Assembly: GCA_963976765.1 (NCBI GenBank)
Contig: CAXBME010000010.1
Span: 124,001-188,000, forward strand
From: an uncultured Planctomycetaceae bacterium
GTDB taxonomy: Bacteria > Planctomycetota > Planctomycetia > Planctomycetales > Planctomycetaceae
Direction of reading: 5' to 3'
Length of the DNA: 64,000 nt
Both the position numbers and the translations under genes were made by a program. The notes below the pieces were generated by a model, which was given only the letters and a program-made list of their open reading frames with translations, had not been told where the DNA came from and searched no databases. Shown piece after piece: positions 10,538 through 19,559 of the stretch (position 1 is its first letter; the number at the start of each line of letters is the position of its first letter).

Positions 10538-11683
10538 ATGATCCGGATTCCGTGTCTACTGGCTGCCACATCGCTGTTCTTACTCTCTTCAACCGGCTGT
10601 TCGTCACTGAGCCTGCCGTTTGGTAGAAATTCACCAACGACCAGCGACAACGGAAAACCGGCACGGTGCCTTTGCCTGTGGCAACCGGTCAACGCCGAAG
10701 ATTCAGCAGGTAGTCCAGTGCGAGGATTCGGCGGGCAGATTTACTTCTTCAATGCCGGATCGGAAGAGCCGATCGAAGTGGACGGCGACGTTCGCATCTT
10801 CGTGTTTGACGACGTCGGCACGCCCGAGCAGCAGGCACGTCCGAAAGACGTTCAGGACTTTGATTCTTTCGTCTGGAAGTCGTTCCTGAACAAATCGCAG
10901 TTCGGTACGAACTACACGGTGTTCGTGCCCTATTCCAAAGCGAGCAGGTACGAGTCAATCTGCTCGTTGCGGTTGCGACTTGATCGGCCAGATGGCTCGC
11001 AACTGTTTTCGGACATGGCAACCGTCAAACTCACGGGCGAACCGAGACTCGACAAGTCAATCCGCCAGCTCGTCAGTCCTCGCGAACATTCGATTCACCC
11101 GGACCGAAGTCGCGAACTTCGCGTTGATCTGGAACAACGCCAGAATGGATCGGGCCGTGCGGCAACGATTGGATCGATCAAAGAAGGCACTCTGTCGCTG
11201 TCTTCAAGCGTCGCCACCGACGATCAGACACTTGACGAACATGCCCGTTTGAAAATTCAACGGTACGAAGCCCGCTTCGCCGAAATGCATGCCGAATACG
11301 AACGAAGCAATCCCCCGGAACGTCGGCACTCGACGCGGAATCTTCGCGACGAGTTCTCTGATCTCATGCCTGCCATTCGCAAAGTTTCGCACGGCGAACA
11401 GCAGCAGCGTCAACGGGTTACTCCTGCGGCACTCGAAGTGTTCTCCGTCGAAGAGCCCTCGCCTGTTGAACATGCCGACTTCAACCACGCTCCAGCTCAG
11501 TCGTCGATCTGGAACAACGACCACATGCCTCGCCTGTCACGACAGCCAGACGCGTCGGGTTCGGCGACGAGGATTCGCAACTTCTCACGACCGCTGAATC
11601 GACATCGCGACCAGCCACGTACTCCAGCCTGGTCCGACGATGACCAGTTGCAAGCACTACGGCTCGCGAGAATTTCGGAATAG
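10538..11683 (+). CDS. Lipoprotein of unknown function adjacent to the secretin
   Basis: Lipobox LLSSTG-C; globular domain RGFGGQIYFF...VDGDVRIFVFDD; disordered C-terminus. Confidence 0.75.
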   Translation: MIRIPCLLAATSLFLLSSTGCSSLSLPFGRNSPTTSDNGKPARCLCLWQPVNAEDSAGSPVRGFGGQIYFFNAGSEEPIEVDGDVRIFVFDDVGTPEQQARPKDVQDFDSFVWKSFLNKSQFGTNYTVFVPYSKASRYESICSLRLRLDRPDGSQLFSDMATVKLTGEPRLDKSIRQLVSPREHSIHPDRSRELRVDLEQRQNGSGRAATIGSIKEGTLSLSSSVATDDQTLDEHARLKIQRYEARFAEMHAEYERSNPPERRHSTRNLRDEFSDLMPAIRKVSHGEQQQRQRVTPAALEVFSVEEPSPVEHADFNHAPAQSSIWNNDHMPRLSRQPDASGSATRIRNFSRPLNRHRDQPRTPAWSDDDQLQALRLARISE

Positions 11684-11896
11684 TCGTTGAGCAACCTTGC
11701 TGGCGACTCTCGAAGCAGTGAGCGGCGCATTAAAGTTCGAATTCGCTCGCATCAAGATCGCTGAGTTGGAAGCGCGTTCGTGTAATGTTCAGCCACCGTT
11801 CACGCAGCCCTCACGTGTTCGCGTCACCACTCTGGGCAACATTCGTCTTCCTGTCACGATAATGCTGTTTTCCCTGAGTTTTCGGCCAGAATTTGT

Positions 11897-11925
11897 TTGA
11901 CCTTGAGAAACCACCACGATACTTT
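11897..11925 (+). promoter_or_regulatory. Sigma70-type promoter
   Basis: TTGACC (11897-11902), 17-bp spacer, TACTTT (11920-11925). Confidence 0.6.
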
Positions 11926-11931
11926 CTGCCC

Positions 11932-12033
11932 ACGATAATGCAGGTGTGCAACGTTTCGGAATTATCGCCGGCATCATAAGTCGCCGAAAGCACACCTTCG
12001 CCTCGTGTGGGATTTCCTTCACGAGGCTTTTTT
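11932..12033 (+). ncRNA. Candidate ~100-nt sRNA or attenuator leader
   Basis: Follows the promoter; long hairpin AGGTGTGC/GCACACCT with inner TTTCGG/CCGAAA; ends in a terminator. Confidence 0.5.
12000..12033 (+). terminator. Intrinsic terminator
   Basis: GCCTCGTG-N12-CACGAGGC followed by TTTTTT. Confidence 0.8.
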
Positions 12034-12143
12034 GTGCGCGGTCGCTTTGGCATGTCGCCATGTCAGGATTCCTCGAATCCGTCGCTCAACCATCGTTACG
12101 CCCCAACAGGACATCGAGCCTTTCCCACTGGAACTTTGCCCGA

Positions 12144-13175
12144 ATGAATATCGCGATTCATATTTTCGACGAAGAAACAACCACCGATTCAACCGACGGG
12201 AATACCCACACGCATGCCTGCTCGATCAACGAGGCGGCACCGTTTTTTGCCGAATTGATCGCTTCCGATTCAGACGACATTTGCTGTCTGGCCTCAGCGG
12301 AACTTGTCCCCGACTGCAACCGGCTGGCAGCGGCGGTTGATCAGTTGAAGTCAGCCGGTGCCGCGATTGGAATTCTCCCCGACGACCGGCACGCAGATCT
12401 CGCCTTCACCTGGAAACGGCTGCCGTCAGCGTTGGCTGGTTTTGTCATGCCGCCTGAAAGTCGTGGGGCAATCCTGCTGGACACAAACCGAACGCTGCAG
12501 GCTCTCTCCGAAAACAGTGATCAGCCCCTTCAGGAATCAGTCATTCGTACGGCAATGCAGGATCCCGACGCGGTTACGCTGCTCGGTTCGCACGAGACAG
12601 CAGACGATTCACCACTTCCGAACGTGGATGCCGTTCTGCCGCAACTCGCTCCTCGACATCCAGACCGTCATCGAAGCTGGATGGCTCATCTTCTCAGTCA
12701 GTTGAACCCTCGGAAATACTTCGCTGGTGAAGGCGACAATTGTGAAGTCGAAGCCGTGCTCGCTGGCCTGCTTCAGATCAACGACTACCTCGACGAAAGC
12801 CACAACCGTTCGCAGAACATCGAAGGCGAGGGTCAGGACGTCAACGGCGACTACTGGCACGGAATTATGCACCGCCGCGAGCCCGATTACGGCAACGGCA
12901 AATACTGGTTCCGCCGAGTTAGCCATCACCCCTGTTTCGACCTGCTGGCGCCGCTGGCTGAGCAGGCATTTGATGAGTATCACTCTTCAGACGTGGCAAA
13001 CTGGAAACATAAAGTCGTCGGGACAAACGGCTGGGACGCCGCAGCGTTCATCGACCTCTGCCAGGCAGCCGAACGCTCTTCCGATGCTGAGCTGACGACA
13101 GCCGCGAAGAGAATTCAATGGGCCGAGATGCTGCTCCTCCTGGATCATTCATTCCGGCAAGCATGTGGGCGATAG
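12144..13175 (+). CDS. Conserved hypothetical protein
   Basis: C-terminal helical domain (AGLLQINDYLDESH...YWHGIMHRREPDYGNGKYWFRRV); start uncertain. Confidence 0.75.
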   Translation: MNIAIHIFDEETTTDSTDGNTHTHACSINEAAPFFAELIASDSDDICCLASAELVPDCNRLAAAVDQLKSAGAAIGILPDDRHADLAFTWKRLPSALAGFVMPPESRGAILLDTNRTLQALSENSDQPLQESVIRTAMQDPDAVTLLGSHETADDSPLPNVDAVLPQLAPRHPDRHRSWMAHLLSQLNPRKYFAGEGDNCEVEAVLAGLLQINDYLDESHNRSQNIEGEGQDVNGDYWHGIMHRREPDYGNGKYWFRRVSHHPCFDLLAPLAEQAFDEYHSSDVANWKHKVVGTNGWDAAAFIDLCQAAERSSDAELTTAAKRIQWAEMLLLLDHSFRQACGR

Positions 13176-13217
13176 GACATTCTCGCTGTTGCACGCTGCT
13201 GATTGCCCAAACGACGT

Positions 13218-14168
13218 TCAACGTCGGCGGCCTATTCGCCGGTTAATCGCGGCGTCGGCAGCGATCAACAGTTTTCGCCAGGTCGGCAGGCTGACTCGGC
13301 GGCTGTAGACATCGAAGTCTCGTTTCGAAATTTCCTTGAGCAGCCCGCCGTAAATTCTGAGCATCGCTTTGAGAATCGGTTTACCCGGAGGCTCCAACCA
13401 CTGAAACAGATCGTTCGCCTTCGAGTAGCAGGTCTCAGCCCGTTCAACCTGAAACGCCATCAGCTGGTGGAACCGATCATCTATCACTCGGTTGCCGATG
13501 TCGGCAGGGGTCATTTCGAAGCGAGCCAGATCTTCAGCCGGAAGGTAGACACGTCCGTTGTCGGCGTCTTCGCCAAGGTCGCGCAGTATGTTTGTCAGTT
13601 GAAAGGCCAGACCACAGTCGGCAGCAGAGTTCAACGCCGCTTCGTCGTTAAACCCCCAGATGTGGATGCAGCAAACGCCAACGACGCCAGCGACGTGGTA
13701 GCAGTACTCGGTGAGTTCCTCGAACGTCTGAAACTGACAGCGCAGCTCGGGCCTTTCTTCTGTCGAAGCAGGATCCGAAGCGGCTGACTCCAGATCCATC
13801 CTCACGCCGCTGATCACGTCCAGGAAACATTGAGAGGGGATCCTGTAGCGCGACGTCATGTCGATCAGCGCAGGAAAGACCAGACGAAACTCGTCGCGAC
13901 CGGTGCCAAAATCGTGGCCTGGGGAATGTCCATCTTCAAGCGCGGCTCGCGTCGCTGCTTCCCACGCAGTCAGTCGCTCAGCCCGAACATCCAGCGGCAC
14001 ACTTTCGTCATCGCCGACGTCGTCGCAGAGTCGCATGTACGAATACAAAACGCACATGGCCTGAAACTGCTCAGGCGGCAGTCCGGTGAACGAGTAGTAA
14101 AAATTCTTCGCCGTCCGGCGCGCCAGCTTCTGGCAGCATGCGTAGGAATCGGCGAGTGTTTCAGACAT
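13218..14168 (-). CDS. Phytoene/squalene synthase family protein (HpnD/CrtB-like)
   Basis: AKNFYYSF, MRLCDDVGD, YCYHVAGVVG, AFQLTNILRDLGED, GRVYLP motifs. Confidence 0.92.
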   Translation of the reverse strand: MSETLADSYACCQKLARRTAKNFYYSFTGLPPEQFQAMCVLYSYMRLCDDVGDDESVPLDVRAERLTAWEAATRAALEDGHSPGHDFGTGRDEFRLVFPALIDMTSRYRIPSQCFLDVISGVRMDLESAASDPASTEERPELRCQFQTFEELTEYCYHVAGVVGVCCIHIWGFNDEAALNSAADCGLAFQLTNILRDLGEDADNGRVYLPAEDLARFEMTPADIGNRVIDDRFHQLMAFQVERAETCYSKANDLFQWLEPPGKPILKAMLRIYGGLLKEISKRDFDVYSRRVSLPTWRKLLIAADAAINRRIGRRR

Positions 14169-14213
14169 CTCGTGGCGACTTTGGAAAGAGTCTGTGTTTC
14201 CGTCGCCGATGTG

Positions 14214-14900
14214 TCAGGCAAGGTTGGCGACGTTGAGCACTTCGATAATCAGTGGATCACGCAGAGTGTCCGCGATTCGGCAGGCATTTGAAAAGTCGTG
14301 GTACCGGCTGTGTTCATGCGGGACGGAAATCACAAAGGCTCCCGCTGCCGAAGCGGCGTTCGTTCCGGCTTCGCTGTCTTCGAAAACGAGCATCTCGCTC
14401 GGTTCGACTCCCAGCCGGGCCGCCGCCTTGAGATAGATCTCGGGATTGGGTTTTCCCTTTTCGACATTCTCGGCAGTCAGTGCAAATTCGAACCGCTCGA
14501 TCAGTCCGTCGAAACGGCCCATCAGATTATTGAGAAACAGAATCGGCGACGACGTGGCGACCACCTTCGGAAGACCTCGTTCTTCGAGTTGCGTGAACAT
14601 TTCAAAGACACCCGGCATCGGCTCCAGATGTTTGTCGAGCATTCCCAGGTACCGAGAGCTGCATTCTTCCTGTACGGCCTCGACCGAATCTTCAACACCG
14701 AGCGACTCTTTCAGAATCTGCATCCCTTCCGGCGGTCGACGCCCCATCATGCGACGAATCAGGTCGTCAGGCATCTTGCGGTTCCGATCTTCAAACAACT
14801 GCGCGGCTGCGAGTGCAAACACATGCTCTGTGTTGAAGATCAAACCGTCGAGGTCAAACGCGACAGCCCGAATTGGTCGAGCAGGAAGAGTAGCGGACAT
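14214..14900 (-). CDS. HAD family phosphatase
   Basis: FDLDGLIFNTE, VATSS, GKPNPEIY, FEDSEAG motifs. Confidence 0.9.
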   Translation of the reverse strand: MSATLPARPIRAVAFDLDGLIFNTEHVFALAAAQLFEDRNRKMPDDLIRRMMGRRPPEGMQILKESLGVEDSVEAVQEECSSRYLGMLDKHLEPMPGVFEMFTQLEERGLPKVVATSSPILFLNNLMGRFDGLIERFEFALTAENVEKGKPNPEIYLKAAARLGVEPSEMLVFEDSEAGTNAASAAGAFVISVPHEHSRYHDFSNACRIADTLRDPLIIEVLNVANLA

Positions 14901-14935
14901 TCCGGGCAATCTGTGTGAGTTTGAAACAGCGAGGT

Positions 14936-15003
14936 GTGGGGTGGGCACTGCCCACCGGAATTGTCACACGGTTCGCGAAGCTGGTGGGCGGTGACCACCC
15001 TGC
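14936..15003. repeat. REPIN-like element (two inverted GTAG-family REP palindromes)
   Basis: GTGGGGTGGGCACTGCCCACC...GGTGGGCGGTGACCACCCTGC; same family at 27320, 30819 and 61451. Confidence 0.8.
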
Positions 15004-15005
15004 GG

Positions 15006-16619
15006 TCAGTGTTTGAAGTGGCGGCGACCGGTGAAGATCATGGCCATGCCGTGTTCGTTGCAGGCGGCGATGACTTCTTCATCCTTGACGGAACCGCCTG
15101 GCTGAATTGCAGCGGTGATGCCGGCTTTGGCGGCTTCGTCGATGCCATCTCGGAAAGGGAAGAAAGCGTCCGAGGCGACGATGCCGCCCTTACTGCGTTC
15201 TCCCGATTTTCGAGCGGCGATTTCTGCAGAGTCCAGTCGGCTCATTTGCCCCGCTCCGACGCCGACGGCCATGCCGTCCTTCGCGTAGAGAATCGCGTTT
15301 GATTTGACGTGTCGGCAGACCTGCCAGCCAAATTTCAGATCGCGGAGTTCTGCGTCGGTCGGCTGGCGTTCGGTGACGACCTTCCAGTTTTCCTGCGGGT
15401 CGGCCTGGTCATCTCGATCCTGCACAAGCAGCCCGCCGGCGACTCGTCGGAACTCCTGAGTTGTCGCGGCAACCGAACACATGCCCGGCAGCTTGAGCAG
15501 GCGGACGTTGTTCTTCCATTTCGGCTTGGTGGTCAGAGCTTCAAACGCGTCGTCGGCAAAGCCGGGGCAGATGATCGCTTCGACAAAGCGGCCCGGTTCG
15601 CAAAGCAGTTCGGCGGTGGCCAGATCGAGTTCCCGGTTAAAACTGATGATCGAGCCGAAAGCGCTGACCGGGTCACCGGCGTAGGCATTCGTAAAGGCTT
15701 CGGCGAGCGTCGGCGCGATCGCGCATCCACACGGGTTGTTGTGCTTAAGGACTGCCGCTGCTGGTTCTTCAAAATCCTTCACGATGGCGATGGCCGCGTC
15801 GAGATCCAGCAGGTTGTTGTAGGAAAGCTCTTTGCCGTTGAGCTGCTCGGCAGCTGCCAGTGACGAATCGGCGAACGATGGTTCCACGTAGAAAGAAGCT
15901 CGCTGATGCGGATTTTCGCCGTAGCGAAGTGACGATCGTTTTTCGAACGTCAGGGCGAGCGTCTTCGGGAAGTCATTCAGGTCTTCTGCTGATTCAGACT
16001 CGTCACTCTCGGCGGCTTCGCTGGCGACGAGTTTGTGCATGTAATTGGCGATGGCCCGGTCGTAACGAGCGGTCATCTCGAACGCGGCCGCTGTCAGTTC
16101 GCGGCGGAAGCTATCGCTGAGCTTTCCGTCGCCCTTCAACGATTCCAGAACCCGCTCGTACTGACACGGCGACGTGACAACACCGACGTAGGCGTGATTT
16201 TTCGCCGCCGAACGGACCATGCTGGGGCCGCCAATATCGATGTTCTCGATGGCGTCCGCGACGCTGACGCCTGGCTTCGCGATCGTCTGCTCAAACGGGT
16301 AGAGATTCACAACGACCAGCTCGAACGGAATGATACCGTGTTCGGCGATAGCTGCTGCGTCGTCTGCCAGATCAGGCCGCCCGAGAATCGCTCCGTGAAC
16401 CTTCGGATGCAGCGTCTTGACGCGACCGTCCATGATCTCGGGGAAGTTCGTGTAACTCGAAATGTCCTGGACGGGAATCCCCGCAGCTTCGATCGCTTTG
16501 CGGGTTCCGCCAGTGGAAATAATCTCGAATCCCAGATCGACGAGGCCCTTCACGAAGGTATCGATGCCGGTTTTATCGCTGACGCTGACGAGTGCTCGCC
16601 TCGGAAATTGTTCGCTCAT
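15006..16619 (-). CDS. purH: Bifunctional AICAR transformylase/IMP cyclohydrolase
   Basis: [60 protein letters not shown]. Confidence 0.97.
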   Translation of the reverse strand: MSEQFPRRALVSVSDKTGIDTFVKGLVDLGFEIISTGGTRKAIEAAGIPVQDISSYTNFPEIMDGRVKTLHPKVHGAILGRPDLADDAAAIAEHGIIPFELVVVNLYPFEQTIAKPGVSVADAIENIDIGGPSMVRSAAKNHAYVGVVTSPCQYERVLESLKGDGKLSDSFRRELTAAAFEMTARYDRAIANYMHKLVASEAAESDESESAEDLNDFPKTLALTFEKRSSLRYGENPHQRASFYVEPSFADSSLAAAEQLNGKELSYNNLLDLDAAIAIVKDFEEPAAAVLKHNNPCGCAIAPTLAEAFTNAYAGDPVSAFGSIISFNRELDLATAELLCEPGRFVEAIICPGFADDAFEALTTKPKWKNNVRLLKLPGMCSVAATTQEFRRVAGGLLVQDRDDQADPQENWKVVTERQPTDAELRDLKFGWQVCRHVKSNAILYAKDGMAVGVGAGQMSRLDSAEIAARKSGERSKGGIVASDAFFPFRDGIDEAAKAGITAAIQPGGSVKDEEVIAACNEHGMAMIFTGRRHFKH

Positions 16620-16797
16620 GACAACCTGAAAGTGTTCGGGGATTCCTGAAAAACCGCCAGAACGGCGGGTTCTGCGAGTTCTCGCAGATCGACTCGCCAT
16701 TTTCCAGCAGGCTCGATTGAAGTCTGTCTCAGCGGCGGCATTCGTACTGGTCGTACCGGCTGGTTAAACTTTCGGGCTGTGCTGTTCGGAATTCTTC

Positions 16798-16873
16798 AAC
16801 CACGAAAAAGACGAAATACACGAAATCATCTCTGAAAGAATTCTCTTTCGAGTATTTGGTGTCTTTCGTGGTT
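16798..16873. repeat. Imperfect inverted repeat of the CACGAAA nonamer family
   Basis: AACCACGAAAAAGACGAAATACACGAAA...TTTCGAGTATTTGGTGTCTTTCGTGGTT; relative at 62447-62506. Confidence 0.7.
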
Positions 16874-16939
16874 CATAATTTCTGAGCTGTTCGAGGCGTG
16901 TTGAATGCGTCTCTAAATGCGATCAACCAGGTAACGACT

Positions 16940-19351
16940 ATGAAGAAGCTCACCGCTCTGATTCTATTCGCAGTCTTTTCCTTTGGTAGTTCGATCGTCG
17001 TCGCAGCCGCGCCAAAGCCCAACGTCCTGCTGATCATGGCGGACGATCTGGGGTTCTCGGATCTGGGCTGCTACGGCGGCGAGATCGCGACGCCGAATCT
17101 CGATTCCATCGCTCAGAACGGGCTGCGGTACGCTCGGTTTTACAATACGGCGAGGTGCTGGCCGACTCGCGGAGCATTACTGACCGGCTACTACGCTCAG
17201 CAGATTCGTCGCGACACGCTGCCAGGAATCCCGTCGGGCGGCGGTAATCGAGGCGTTCGTCCGGACTGGGCCGTACTGGCTCCGAAACTTTTGAAACCCG
17301 CCGGCTACCGGTCTTACCACACCGGCAAGTGGCACATCGACGGAATGCCGATTGAAAACGGTTTTGATCACTCTTACCTGCTGAGAGATCAGGGGCGATT
17401 CTTTAATCCCAACCGACATTGGAAAGATGATGTCGCGCTGCCGCCAGTCAAAAGAGACACCGACTTCTACGCGACGACGGCGCTGGCCGATCACGCAGTC
17501 GAAGTTCTGACCGAGCACGCCGAGCAGCACGCGGACTCGCCGTTCTTCCATTATCTGGCCTTTGCCGCGCCGCACTTTCCGTTGCACGCGTTGCCGGAAG
17601 ACATCGCCGTTTACAAGGACACCTATACCGAAGGCTGGGATTCGATCCGGCAGAAACGCTGGCAGAAGATGCACAAACTCGGGCTGCTCGAAGCGGCGGA
17701 TGTCAAAGAGCTGTCGCGTGTCGAACGCGACCTAGGTCCGCCGTACCACTTTCCCGACGCGTTCAGGATTCTCGGCAACGGCGAGGTTAACAAGCCGCTT
17801 CCGTGGAATAGTCTCACTGATGAGCAGAAGCAGTTTCAGGCGACAAAGATGGCCATCCACGCGGCAATGATTCATCGCATGGATATTGAAATCGGTCGAG
17901 TCTTCGAACAGATCCGCAAGATGGGTCAGTGGCAAAATACGCTGGTCATCTTTCTTTCTGACAACGGAGCCAGTGCGGAAATTATGGTCCGCGACGACGG
18001 ACACGACCCGGCGCTGTCGCCTGGTTCTGCCGGGACATACCTGTGCCTCGGGCCGGGCTGGTCGACCACCTGCAACACGCCATTCCGTCGTCACAAGACG
18101 TGGACTCACGAAGGTGGTATCTCGACGCCGTTTCTCATGTCATGGCCAAAGGGAATTGCCGCTCGCGGTGAATTCCGTCGCAACATCGGTCACGTCATTG
18201 ATGTCGTGCCGACGGTGCTTGAACTCGCCGGTGCGAAAACACTGGAAGAAGCACCGCCTGCGCCGGGTAAGAGTCTCGTTCCGACGTTTACCGAGGATCT
18301 GTCCGTCAAACATGATTCGTTGTGGTGGTTTCACGACGGCCACAAAGCCATTCGCATCGGCGACTGGAAAGCCGTTGCTCCGAATGGTGAACCGTGGGAA
18401 CTTTACAACATCATCAACGATCGCGACGAATCGAACGACCTGTCGCTTCCGAAAGACGAACGTCTCAACGAACTTGTTGCAGAATGGGATCGACAGCTGG
18501 CCGAGTTCACCGAACTTGCATCACGGGATCTGCCACCAAATGTTCGGAAAAAAGTCGACGTTTCCAACAATCGCTCGCCAGCCATGAACGCCGCTCAGGC
18601 TGCCGCAGCACCGAAGCGGCACCAGGTGTTGCTCAACGGGGAAACCTTTCTGCTGAACGGTCGGCACACGTTTCTCATGGTGCCGGAGAAGCCGTTCGAC
18701 GGTGCAGGCGGCAAACCCTGGATCTTCTACGGACCGACGCTCGCGGGAGTGCCCGACAAAGCTGAAAGCTGGATGCACCAGCAGTTTCTCGACGCTGGAA
18801 TCGCCATCGCAGGCATCGACGTCGGAGAAGCGTACGGCAGCCCTCACGCGTTTCGTCACTTCGAGGTTCTGTATCAGCACATGGTGAAACAGGGTTATTC
18901 GAAACGCCCGACGCTGCTCGGTCGAAGCCGAGGCGGCTTGTGGGTGAGCAGCTGGGCGATCGAACATCCGGACCGGGTGGCCGGCATCGGCGGGATCTAC
19001 CCGGTTTACGATTTCACGACTTACCCCGGGGCAAACCGAGCCGCAGCGGCGTACGGAGTCAGTCCCGAAGAACTGCTTGCTCAGCAGGACCAGCTGAATC
19101 CGATCAAGCGAGCAGCCACGCTGGCCAAAGCGAAGATTCCGGTCTTTATCATTCATGGAACCGACGACAAAGTCGTGCCGATCGAAGCGAATTCTGAGGC
19201 ACTCGAAAAGGCGTATGCAGCAAACGATGCCGCCGACCTGATTCACGTCATCAAAGCCAATGGCCAGGGACACAGCTTCTGGGATGGATTTTTTACGTGT
19301 CAGGAACTGGTTGATTTTCTGATCGAGAAGTCGAAACAAGGATCGTATTAG
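16940..19351 (+). CDS. Arylsulfatase fused to a C-terminal alpha/beta hydrolase
   Basis: Signal peptide; PNVLLIMADDLG, CWPTR (CxPxR), GKWH, SDNG; C-domain GRSRGG, HGTDD, GHSFW. Confidence 0.9.
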   Translation: MKKLTALILFAVFSFGSSIVVAAAPKPNVLLIMADDLGFSDLGCYGGEIATPNLDSIAQNGLRYARFYNTARCWPTRGALLTGYYAQQIRRDTLPGIPSGGGNRGVRPDWAVLAPKLLKPAGYRSYHTGKWHIDGMPIENGFDHSYLLRDQGRFFNPNRHWKDDVALPPVKRDTDFYATTALADHAVEVLTEHAEQHADSPFFHYLAFAAPHFPLHALPEDIAVYKDTYTEGWDSIRQKRWQKMHKLGLLEAADVKELSRVERDLGPPYHFPDAFRILGNGEVNKPLPWNSLTDEQKQFQATKMAIHAAMIHRMDIEIGRVFEQIRKMGQWQNTLVIFLSDNGASAEIMVRDDGHDPALSPGSAGTYLCLGPGWSTTCNTPFRRHKTWTHEGGISTPFLMSWPKGIAARGEFRRNIGHVIDVVPTVLELAGAKTLEEAPPAPGKSLVPTFTEDLSVKHDSLWWFHDGHKAIRIGDWKAVAPNGEPWELYNIINDRDESNDLSLPKDERLNELVAEWDRQLAEFTELASRDLPPNVRKKVDVSNNRSPAMNAAQAAAAPKRHQVLLNGETFLLNGRHTFLMVPEKPFDGAGGKPWIFYGPTLAGVPDKAESWMHQQFLDAGIAIAGIDVGEAYGSPHAFRHFEVLYQHMVKQGYSKRPTLLGRSRGGLWVSSWAIEHPDRVAGIGGIYPVYDFTTYPGANRAAAAYGVSPEELLAQQDQLNPIKRAATLAKAKIPVFIIHGTDDKVVPIEANSEALEKAYAANDAADLIHVIKANGQGHSFWDGFFTCQELVDFLIEKSKQGSY

Positions 19352-19409
19352 CGAGCGTCAGAGTGCACAGCGTCTTCGGAATTCCGGAACTCAGCCACGA
19401 TCATTTATG

Positions 19410-19492
19410 AGCCACGGATGGGCAAGGATTTTTAAGGATGACAAGGGATGCCGCATTAGAGCATTCGACTTTCATCTGTGTAATCCGTGGTT
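19410..19492. repeat. Imperfect inverted repeat of the CCACGGAT family
   Basis: AGCCACGGAT...ATCCGTGGTT; relative at 62347-62416. Confidence 0.6.
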
Positions 19493-19559
19493 CTTGATGC
19501 TGTTACTTTGCGGCAGTCTTGCAGGTTCTGCGTTTTTTCCTTTGCGTCAAAGTGTCAGC

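Noticed and set aside
13218..14948. Hopanoid/carotenoid biosynthetic cluster
   Set aside because: Only one synthase plus a generic HAD phosphatase; no desaturase or cyclase nearby
16620..16800. Canonical ZMP/ZTP riboswitch upstream of purH
   Set aside because: GACUGGCG and CGCCUGGGC hallmarks not found; only the terminator-like structure is reported
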